Below, one piece after another: positions 17,751 through 24,166 of a stretch of DNA of 30,269 bases (positions within the stretch are counted from its first letter, which is position 1; every line of letters begins with the position of its first letter). The notes under the pieces were generated by a model, which saw only the letters and a program-made list of their open reading frames with translations, was not told the origin of the DNA and searched no databases. The position numbers and the translations under genes are program-made. Source of the DNA: a virus (Duplodnaviria; Caudoviricetes). The stretch spans positions 1 through 30,269 of IMG/VR virus record IMGVR_UViG_3300020403_000053; one strand, written 5' to 3'.

Positions 17751-18001
17751 TATAAAGCCTCGTTATATTCGTTAGCTCTTTTAACAGGCTTATGTGTAAT
17801 TTTGATCATATCATAATCGACAAGAATTTGGTGCAATACATCACCTTGTTCATCATGGGAAAATTCAATACCCAACTCGTCTTTAAATATGTCAGCTACT
17901 TTGCTTTGTACATTTGCAAGCTGTTGCACACCCATAGTACCTGGACGCATTCCAACAAGCGTTGCATATAATTGTAATTGATGATCTGTAAAATTTTCCA
18001 T
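17750..18001 (-). CDS. Hypothetical early protein
   Basis: 83 aa, RBS GTGAGGT, first gene after a promoter-like element. Confidence 0.7.
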   Translation of the reverse strand: MENFTDHQLQLYATLVGMRPGTMGVQQLANVQSKVADIFKDELGIEFSHDEQGDVLHQILVDYDMIKITHKPVKRANEYNEAL

Positions 18002-18039
18002 ACTAGTTTTTTTACCTCACTGTTTAGTATGTTACTACA

Positions 18040-18077
18040 TTAAGTATCTTATAGGCTACAATTCAATAGCCTACAAG
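18040..18077 (-). promoter_or_regulatory. Early promoter/operator copy 1 (TTGAATTGTAGC; inverted repeat TAGGCTA/TAGCCTA)
   Basis: Inverted repeat 18052-18058/18067-18073; TTGTAG-N17-TATAAG on the minus strand. Confidence 0.55.
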
Positions 18078-18085
18078 AATTTTTT

Positions 18086-18154
18086 TTAGGCTAGTAGTAT
18101 TGCTACTGTAAAAGCAGCAAATACTAACCCGGCCAGAAATTCATTAAGCAACAT
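18086..18154 (-). CDS. 22-aa hydrophobic peptide (not in ORF track)
   Basis: MLLNEFLAGLVFAAFTVAILLA; AAGGGA upstream; overlaps the end of the preceding gene. Confidence 0.45.
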   Translation of the reverse strand: MLLNEFLAGLVFAAFTVAILLA

Positions 18155-18386
18155 TATTTTCATCCCTTAATATTTCTGGTTTTTCGTTATTTATGATTAG
18201 TTCCATTACCTCCCTGTTAAGTTTGTTAAGTGGATAATCTTCACCATGTTCACGGATTAAATCTTCTGCAAATCCTTTTGCTGCTTCTAGATCGTCAACT
18301 CCAGCAGGTGCAAAATAACCACCAGTTAAAGCTTGCCATAAAAAACAAACATAAAGTTGTTCAGTTGTTTCTTCTCGATTAGTCAT
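18144..18386 (-). CDS. Hypothetical protein
   Basis: 80 aa, RBS AAGGGAG. Confidence 0.7.
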   Translation of the reverse strand: MTNREETTEQLYVCFLWQALTGGYFAPAGVDDLEAAKGFAEDLIREHGEDYPLNKLNREVMELIINNEKPEILRDENNVA

Positions 18387-18388
18387 TT

Positions 18389-18553
18389 TTATATCTCCCT
18401 TACTTCATCATCGAACAACCAAGCTATGGTATCGTTAACAAGAACAAAAACATTGTTATGATGAATTTGTACGATTGTACCTATTTGTCCGTCATGCGAT
18501 CCTCTGTGTAACCTACTACTTTCAATCATAACTTTTGTATTTACTTCTAACAT
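18389..18553 (-). CDS. 54-aa small beta-rich (SH3/KOW-like) protein (not in ORF track)
   Basis: MLEVNTKVMIESSRLHRGSHDGQIGTIVQIHHNNVFVLVNDTIAWLFDDEVREI; AAGGAG RBS. Confidence 0.7.
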   Translation of the reverse strand: MLEVNTKVMIESSRLHRGSHDGQIGTIVQIHHNNVFVLVNDTIAWLFDDEVREI

Positions 18554-18581
18554 TTCTTATCTCCTTGTTACCTCTATACTA

Positions 18582-18625
18582 CTTATATGGGGATTAGGTG
18601 CTACAATTACAAGGGCAGCACCTAA
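18582..18625 (-). promoter_or_regulatory. Early promoter/operator copy 2 (CCCTTGTAATTGTAGCACC; 9-bp inverted repeat)
   Basis: TTAGGTGCT 18594-18602 / AGCACCTAA 18617-18625; CTTGTA-N17-CCATAT on the minus strand. Confidence 0.65.
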
Positions 18626-18640
18626 AGTTTTTTTATTTTT

Positions 18641-18895
18641 TTAAATCTGCAATTTCCATTTTTTACCGTTTAATCCTGCAACTCTTTCACCAGCTACGTT
18701 TATTTCTATTGTTGGCTTGTAAGTTTTACCTGGTGCTTTGTCAGTTACTGGGTTGCAAAATCTTAAAACCTGTTCAACATTTAATAGATCAAGTCTGTCT
18801 CTTGTTGTTTTAAGAACTTCTAAAGTTAAATTTTCTGAACCAATCTTTGCTAATTGCAATAATATTTTAGCCTCGTTTTCAGTTAACTTAATCAT
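18641..18895 (-). CDS. Hypothetical protein
   Basis: Start moved to MIKLTENE (ATG 18895), which follows an AAGGGAG RBS. Confidence 0.65.
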   Translation of the reverse strand: MIKLTENEAKILLQLAKIGSENLTLEVLKTTRDRLDLLNVEQVLRFCNPVTDKAPGKTYKPTIEINVAGERVAGLNGKKWKLQI

Positions 18896-18897
18896 AA

Positions 18898-19104
18898 TTA
18901 TATCTCCCTTACCCATGCGCCGTTGATACCTGAAAAACGGATGCTTTTGTTGATTTGTTTAGCTAACTTCTTTGCTTCTTTCTCACTGTCAGCTTGTACC
19001 TCTGCAAGCACAACAACTTTTCTTTTAGAATAATCACCATAACCATACTCAGCGGTGTTTGGTGTTGGCTCGTATCTTTCTTCGACTATTTGGTAGGTGT
19101 TCAT
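18898..19104 (-). CDS. Hypothetical early protein
   Basis: 68 aa, AAGGAG RBS, EVQADSEKEAKKLA motif. Confidence 0.7.
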   Translation of the reverse strand: MNTYQIVEERYEPTPNTAEYGYGDYSKRKVVVLAEVQADSEKEAKKLAKQINKSIRFSGINGAWVREI

Positions 19105-19124
19105 TTTTTTCTCCTTTTTACCTT

Positions 19125-19163
19125 ATATTATATATGTAGTATCGGTGCTACAAATATCAAGGG
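19125..19163 (-). promoter_or_regulatory. Early promoter/operator copy 3 (CCCTTGATATTTGTAGCACC...TATAAT)
   Basis: GGTGCTACAA 19144-19153 is identical to 18597-18606 and is followed by CAAGGG in both; AT-rich UP-like tract upstream. Confidence 0.65.
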
Positions 19164-19209
19164 AGGATTGTAAAAAAAATTAAAAAAAACTAACTTTTTT
19201 TTCAAAATA

Positions 19210-19701
19210 GTGATTATAGGGAGTAAATCGTTGAATTTATTAGAAACCATTGGGGATATAAATTTGCAGAAAATTAACAAAGTAGAGTTTGAGGTATCAG
19301 GTCAGCCTGTTGGCAAGGGTAGACCTCGATTTACTAGGACCGGGCAAGTGTATACCCCTCCTAAAACCAGGGAGTATGAGCAACGTATCCATGCAGCGGC
19401 TTGGTCAGTAATGCAGGAACAAAAGCTAGAGCCAACAGAAAAATTTGTTCACATGGAAGTAAAAGCATTTATGGAAATACCTAAATCTTGGTCTAAAATA
19501 AAAAGATTGGAGGCAGAATATGGTGTCATAAAACCAACTTGTAAGCCTGATTTAGACAACATTGTAAAATCAGTGGGTGATGGACTAGAAAATGTTGTTT
19601 ACTATTCAGATAAACAAGTAACCAGCATTGATGCTAAAAAGGTCTATTGTCACCCGGATAAAGGACCAGTGATTTATGTGTCTATATCTTGGACAGAATA
19701 G
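19210..19701 (+). CDS. rusA: RusA-family Holliday junction resolvase
   Basis: GQPVGKGRPRF, KPDLDNIVKSVGDGL and YSDKQV catalytic Asp motifs; true start may be TTG near 19264. Confidence 0.9.
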   Translation: MIIGSKSLNLLETIGDINLQKINKVEFEVSGQPVGKGRPRFTRTGQVYTPPKTREYEQRIHAAAWSVMQEQKLEPTEKFVHMEVKAFMEIPKSWSKIKRLEAEYGVIKPTCKPDLDNIVKSVGDGLENVVYYSDKQVTSIDAKKVYCHPDKGPVIYVSISWTE

Positions 19702-20000
19702 GACCAATCAGGGCCATATGTCTCTTGCCATAATTTGGGTTCTTTATGTATAGCAATCTTGGAGTTATCCCATAAACCTTGGTGATGTCCTTCGCAGAGG
19801 GGGATAGCTTCACCATCTGATCTTTTGCTAGTGCTGTATCTGTCATGTATCGGATGATGTGCTGTTGTCGGTGAGTTTTGTACCTCGCCAAATCTTTGAC
19901 ATACGCAACAGCGCATTTCTCTTATCTTGTTGAGAAACTTTTCATTCTTTTTTTTCTTAGGTTGTTTTTGACCCAATGGTGGTTTGTTAGCCAAATTCAT
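19674..20000 (-). CDS. Zn-finger HNH-like nuclease (DUF968/Ref-like)
   Basis: CCVC...AHH...IPLCEGHHQG...IH pattern. Confidence 0.75.
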   Translation of the reverse strand: MNLANKPPLGQKQPKKKKNEKFLNKIREMRCCVCQRFGEVQNSPTTAHHPIHDRYSTSKRSDGEAIPLCEGHHQGLWDNSKIAIHKEPKLWQETYGPDWSYSVQDIDT

Positions 20001-20515
20001 TCAAATCTCATTTCTTGATATATTTTCCACAGGCTTTCGATAGGTCTCAAATAAATTTGCTCCATTGTATAGCAAGGTCCGTATCCACCTAAGTTTTCAT
20101 GTTGTGCCTCTTCTTTGAAAATTTTTTTTGGTATGTAGCCAGCTATAATCATTACATCCTCTTCATCTGATGCAGTTACTAAAACAGAACATTTGGATTT
20201 AAATGCATCTAACGATTTAAAAAGCAGTTTACCATTTTGATGGAAGGTAGTTTTAACATCTATGCTTATATCACCCAGGAACATATCTACGCCGTAATCT
20301 GAGCTATATTGAAATACGTTATGCTGACAGCCTAATACTTTTGCTACAGCAGTCTCACCTTTAATGCCTAGTTGATCTACATCGTTATCATTTCTTTTGC
20401 CATCTTTTCTCTGGTTTGGAACTCCCATAGCTCTAGATAGTTGCCATCGAAGTGTAGCTGCTTGTCTACACTCCAGCATTTCTTGCCTGTTTAACCTAAC
20501 TTTCAAGTGGGTCAT
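19997..20515 (-). CDS. Putative PD-(D/E)XK-fold nuclease
   Basis: GIKGETAVAK, YGVDM and IDVKTT motif series. Confidence 0.55.
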   Translation of the reverse strand: MTHLKVRLNRQEMLECRQAATLRWQLSRAMGVPNQRKDGKRNDNDVDQLGIKGETAVAKVLGCQHNVFQYSSDYGVDMFLGDISIDVKTTFHQNGKLLFKSLDAFKSKCSVLVTASDEEDVMIIAGYIPKKIFKEEAQHENLGGYGPCYTMEQIYLRPIESLWKIYQEMRFE

Positions 20516-20888
20516 ATCCGATTGCCTCTGCTAGTTTAGCCATAGCCATTTCAAAATACTGGTGAAACTCAGCCTGGTTCATTTTGCTAAATTGTATACT
20601 ATCGGAAATCTGCATGTGCTTCCCGGCAATAGCATTATATTTTAACTTATAGTATCCACACGCAAATTTTAGCTCTTCATGCAGATGTTTTTCTGTAGGC
20701 CACTTACCAGTAGCCTTGCAGACGTTTCTTAGCGCTGACCAATAAAGATTGTGATGCGGATTAGATCTGGAGCCAGTAGGTTTAAGATTGTACGCTTGCC
20801 CCTGCTTTGCATCCTCTAGTTGTTCAGCGTCATATTGTGAGACAGGCAGTAACTGCCCATCTCTAAGGTATACTTGTAATGAAGTCAA
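20496..20888 (-). CDS. DUF1367/NinB-like recombination accessory protein
   Basis: RSNPHHNLYW and SIQFSKMNQAEFHQYF motifs; next to ssb. Confidence 0.65.
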   Translation of the reverse strand: MTSLQVYLRDGQLLPVSQYDAEQLEDAKQGQAYNLKPTGSRSNPHHNLYWSALRNVCKATGKWPTEKHLHEELKFACGYYKLKYNAIAGKHMQISDSIQFSKMNQAEFHQYFEMAMAKLAEAIGYDPLES

Positions 20889-21310
20889 AATGGTATCTCA
20901 TCGTCAAAGTCTAAGTCATCTTTAGTGACCTGGCGTTCGGCTGGATCTGTGTTGCTTAGATCCATTAGGTTAGCACCCTCTACTTGTGCATTTGTTTGCG
21001 CTGGCGGCATAGTTGACTGTTCTTGTCTGTCACCCCCACCCATTAATTCTAAATGATTGGCACTAACAGATAGATAGGTTTTACCGTTATATTCTCTTGT
21101 CTTTAGCTCACCACTAGCGACAACCTGTTTACCTTTCTTAATGTAGGCAGCAAGCTTTGTGTTACTTGTGATAACGTCAAAAAACATTACTCCTTTGTTT
21201 TGTCCATATCCATCTGCAACTGCGAGAGAAAAGGTTGCAAACTCCCTTCCCTCTTTCTGACGAACTTCACTGTCTTTAGTGCTACGCCCTGCGATTGTAA
21301 TAGCTTTCAT
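20885..21310 (-). CDS. ssb: Single-stranded DNA-binding protein
   Basis: ITIAGR, FSLAV, YIKKGKQVVASGELKTREY and C-terminal DFDDEIPF. Confidence 0.95.
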   Translation of the reverse strand: MKAITIAGRSTKDSEVRQKEGREFATFSLAVADGYGQNKGVMFFDVITSNTKLAAYIKKGKQVVASGELKTREYNGKTYLSVSANHLELMGGGDRQEQSTMPPAQTNAQVEGANLMDLSNTDPAERQVTKDDLDFDDEIPF

Positions 21311-21936
21311 ATTTCTAACTCCAATTTTCTTTTGTCTCGTGCTTCCACAACTTGGTTATACTGTTCTTCAGTAATATCTTTTCGGTTTAGTAATTTAGTA
21401 AAGTTACTTTCTCCCTTCTCAAAACTTTCAGCGGTACAATTTTCATAAAACTCTATGGCGGTATCCACACGATCTTGAGTAGATAATTCCATAATCTGTT
21501 TTTGTTCTTTGACCGGGGGTTCAATTTCATTTTCTGGTAAATCCTCACCAGCATAAATATAATGACCTAGACCATGCATAGCGATAGCCTTAACTAAGCA
21601 GCGCATTCGTGCATCACTTATTTCTCTGGATGTTGGACTAGCTTTTGAATTGTTTTTAAAGTCCATGACAGGTAGCCACATCATATGCTCCTGTCCTTCT
21701 ATGGTAACACTTACCCGGACCTCTACGGTATTGTTTGGATAGATAATATCCTCATGGATTGTATAGGTTGCTTCAGGGTAAAACTTTTTAACCTCACCCC
21801 ATGCCCAGGCCCATGACAAATAACTAAGGCTGTATGGCTTGCCTGACTTGTCTTTGTACCATTTCTTTTCGATCTTTTCTGTGACCGGGTGTTTTGATAA
21901 CACTTCCCACACTGATTTTACTTTTTTATTCGACAT
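21307..21936 (-). CDS. sak: Sak (Rad52-like, DUF1071) single-strand annealing protein
   Basis: LSYLSWAWAW, MWLPVMD and MRCLVKAIAMHGLGHYIYAGEDLP; start moved to MSNKK (GGGAG before ATG 21936). Confidence 0.9.
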   Translation of the reverse strand: MSNKKVKSVWEVLSKHPVTEKIEKKWYKDKSGKPYSLSYLSWAWAWGEVKKFYPEATYTIHEDIIYPNNTVEVRVSVTIEGQEHMMWLPVMDFKNNSKASPTSREISDARMRCLVKAIAMHGLGHYIYAGEDLPENEIEPPVKEQKQIMELSTQDRVDTAIEFYENCTAESFEKGESNFTKLLNRKDITEEQYNQVVEARDKRKLELEI

Positions 21937-22111
21937 CTCCCATCTCCCTTCTAAGTTGCTGATCATAAGAGTTTGCACTATTAACACCGTCTTGTATGGC
22001 ATTAATAATTTCTTTTGCTTCAAATGGACTGATGTGAAGCTTCACCATAGCTTTGTATACAGAAGCAGTAATATGCAAATGAGATACATAGTTTATCCGT
22101 CTTTTATCCAT
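21926..22111 (-). CDS. Hypothetical protein, first gene of recombination operon
   Basis: 61 aa, GAGGT RBS, overlaps the sak start. Confidence 0.65.
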   Translation of the reverse strand: MDKRRINYVSHLHITASVYKAMVKLHISPFEAKEIINAIQDGVNSANSYDQQLRREMGDVE

Positions 22112-22141
22112 TTTTACCTCGTTATTTTTTTTAGTGTGTGT

Positions 22142-22176
22142 CTTGCAATATAATCATTTGTAGCCTAAATACAACC
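22142..22176. promoter_or_regulatory. Overlapping divergent promoters with central ATTTGTAGC box
   Basis: Plus strand: CTTGCA(22142)-N17-CTAAAT(22165), close to the alphaproteobacterial sigma70 consensus CTTGAC-N17-CTATAT. Minus strand: TTGTAT-N16-TATATT. Confidence 0.6.
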
Positions 22177-22179
22177 TTA

Positions 22180-22392
22180 ATGGCAAAAAAAGAGGAAAAA
22201 AAAGTGTACCCAGATAGAATGTTAACTTTGGAATATATTCAAAAAATATTGAAAAGTGACAGGAATATTGCTGCTGTATCTAAGAAAACTGGTATCTCAC
22301 GTTGGACTATATATCGTTTGCGTGATGGTGTTGGTGATGCACAGTATGAAACTGTTAAGACGCTATCAGATTATTTTGATAGTCCGAATTAA
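22180..22392 (+). CDS. Cro/XRE-family HTH regulator
   Basis: NIAAVSKKTGISRWTIYRLRDG...YETVKTLSDYF; start is ATG 22180 or GTG 22204. Confidence 0.85.
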   Translation: MAKKEEKKVYPDRMLTLEYIQKILKSDRNIAAVSKKTGISRWTIYRLRDGVGDAQYETVKTLSDYFDSPN

Positions 22393-22419
22393 AAAAAAGA
22401 CCCACTATAAAAGTGGGCC
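22391..22419 (-). terminator. Intrinsic terminator facing leftward
   Basis: Minus strand reads GGCCCACU-UUUAU-AGUGGGUC-U8; the G-U pair and U-tract exist only on the minus strand. Confidence 0.75.
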
Positions 22420-22465
22420 AGTGTGAGGTAAAAAGGATTATCACAGGCGTGGATAAACCTTAGTG
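22391..22465 (-). ncRNA. Putative ~75-nt anti-RBS small RNA
   Basis: Promoter-like CTTTCT(22497-22492)-N17-CTATCT(22474-22469), then a 5' hairpin, linker UCCUUUUUACCUCAC, and terminator. Confidence 0.6.
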
Positions 22466-22508
22466 CGAAGATAGACTAAGAAATTAATATTAGAAAGAGG
22501 TAAATTAA

Positions 22509-23189
22509 ATGTCACATTATATGACCGCATTAGCAATGAAACAAAGAGGCTTGCCGCCATACTCTAAAATACTTTTGTATTGGCTTGCCGATCATCACAA
22601 CGCAGAAACAAACAGATGCTTCCCCAGCCTAAGTAGGTTATCGAAGCTATGTGAAATATCTAAACGATCTGTACAAAACCATCTGCAAAACCTAAAGGCT
22701 TGTGGATTAATAAGTGTCGAACATTCTTACCGGGATGATGGGCAACAAACATCAAATAATTATCTATTACATTTATCAGAAGAGTGGGTGCATGATATGC
22801 CAGGTGGGGATGCAGAATATGCTACCCCAGGGGTGCAGGATTTGCCAGCCAATAACCTTGGAAGTAATAACCCTGGAAGAGAAATAGTATTGGTCAGAAA
22901 TATAGAACAAACCATTGCTGACTTTGAAGAGTGGTGGAAGGTCTATCCTAGAAAAGTAGGGAAGTATAAAGCATCACCAGCATTTGCTAAAGCTTGTCAC
23001 ATAACAAATTTTGATGAGTTATTGGAAGCAACAAAAAGATTTGCTAAAGCTTGTGAGGGTCAAGATAAACAATTTATTCCACATCCGACAACCTGGTTAA
23101 ATCAACAGAGGTGGAAAGATGATATTGAAGGTAAAGTTGTTAGTATTAAAAATGTTGTTCTTAAAGACATGGGGTTAAGCTATGAATAA
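22509..23189 (+). CDS. Replication initiator (N-terminal wHTH; C-terminal FEEWW..YPRK domain)
   Basis: LADHHN...CFPSLSRLSKLCEIS...L...GLI; FEEWWKVYPRKVGK; FIPHPTTWLNQQRW; internal iterons. Confidence 0.85.
   Translation: MSHYMTALAMKQRGLPPYSKILLYWLADHHNAETNRCFPSLSRLSKLCEISKRSVQNHLQNLKACGLISVEHSYRDDGQQTSNNYLLHLSEEWVHDMPGGDAEYATPGVQDLPANNLGSNNPGREIVLVRNIEQTIADFEEWWKVYPRKVGKYKASPAFAKACHITNFDELLEATKRFAKACEGQDKQFIPHPTTWLNQQRWKDDIEGKVVSIKNVVLKDMGLSYE
22786..22879. repeat. Putative replication origin: three 17-bp iterons plus a 14-bp tandem pair
   Basis: GGGTGCATGATATGCCA 22786, GGATGCAGAATATGCTA 22808, GGGTGCAGGATTTGCCA 22831; AATAACCYTGGAAG at 22851 and 22866. Confidence 0.75.
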
Positions 23190-23655
23190 TCAAAGAAATG
23201 ACGAGCTAAGAAATCTTACTATGAAAGTATTAGCCAGGTTAAACGCACCAAGGGCTGTAGCTGGTGATACTGAAGCAATGAAAGCAGAAGCAGAGTTTCT
23301 TGTTAAAAGAATTATAGGATTAGCTCCAGGTAGAGGATACACTGTTTGGTTCAAAGATTTTGAAGAGCAATTGTTAGGAAGCTTGGAAACAAGATCTTGG
23401 CCTACAGCAAAACAAATTAGCCAGGCAGCAAAAGACATTGCACCTAAACGTCCAGAGTTAAGAAATTTAACGGGTGATAATAAGTATACTCCTGATCCTC
23501 TCAAAATTAATGCAAAGCGTATACAAAACGGTGAGGCAGTAGATGAAAATTATATTAACGGAAAGTTTGCAGATCAGATGCTAAGAGCAGGGTTAATTCA
23601 AGAACATGATTTACAACCATACAAAGAGTATCTTAGTAATGTTAAAATAGGTTAA
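23182..23655 (+). CDS. Hypothetical protein (helicase-loader position)
   Basis: 157 aa overlapping the initiator stop; RSWPT motif; function inferred from position only. Confidence 0.65.
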   Translation: MNNQRNDELRNLTMKVLARLNAPRAVAGDTEAMKAEAEFLVKRIIGLAPGRGYTVWFKDFEEQLLGSLETRSWPTAKQISQAAKDIAPKRPELRNLTGDNKYTPDPLKINAKRIQNGEAVDENYINGKFADQMLRAGLIQEHDLQPYKEYLSNVKIG

Positions 23656-23771
23656 AGTGTGGTAATGGTTTCATAGGCTCTTTCGTGAAACCTCCCTACA
23701 CTAGAGCCTACCTTAGTTGTGAGATGGTGTTTATTGGCATAACATTATCGGAGCTTCATGATTGAGGTACT

Positions 23772-23812
23772 AGCCCCCATCGGTTCCCACAGGCTGGTGG
23801 GGGTTTTCTTTT
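23772..23812 (+). terminator. Intrinsic terminator before terminase genes
   Basis: AGCCCCCAUCGGUU-CCCACA-GGCUGGUGGGGGUU followed by UUCUUUU; G-U pairs fit the plus strand. Confidence 0.75.
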
Positions 23813-23869
23813 AGTAGTAAATAAGCTAACGTATACTACATATGGTAGGACCCTAGTAAGGACGGACAT

Positions 23870-24166
23870 ATGAGTACAAAAGAAGAACAAACGAATAAAA
23901 TAGGCCAAAATACGGGAAATCGTGGTAAGGGCAGACCCAAAGGTGCAATAAATAAAAATAGTAAATTACTGAAAGACGCTATACTCGAAGCAGCGGAACG
24001 TGCTGGTAATAAGTTTGGTAAGGAAGGGTTAGTAAGTTACCTAGAACACCAGGCAGAAGAAAACCCCAGCGCTTATATGTCATTAATGGGCAAGGTGTTA
24101 CCTCTACAAGTAACAGGATCGGGTGATAGTGGGGAACATAAGTTTATTATAAAATGGCAGAAGTAG
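23870..24166 (+). CDS. terS: Terminase small subunit
   Basis: GNRGKGRPKGAINK, ENPSAYMSLMGKVLPLQVTG; overlaps terL. Confidence 0.85.
   Translation: MSTKEEQTNKIGQNTGNRGKGRPKGAINKNSKLLKDAILEAAERAGNKFGKEGLVSYLEHQAEENPSAYMSLMGKVLPLQVTGSGDSGEHKFIIKWQK

Noticed and set aside
21937-22023. N-terminal extension of Sak in the ORF track
   Set aside because: Overlaps the upstream 61-aa gene; ATG 21936 has the RBS.
22421-22463. Plus-strand RBS-like GTGAGGTAAAAAGGA as a gene start
   Set aside because: Only a 4-codon GTG ORF follows; the terminator polarity favours a minus-strand RNA.
22982-23054. 16-bp direct repeat ATTTGCTAAAGCTTGT
   Set aside because: Both copies are in frame and encode FAKAC, so this is most simply a protein-level helix duplication.
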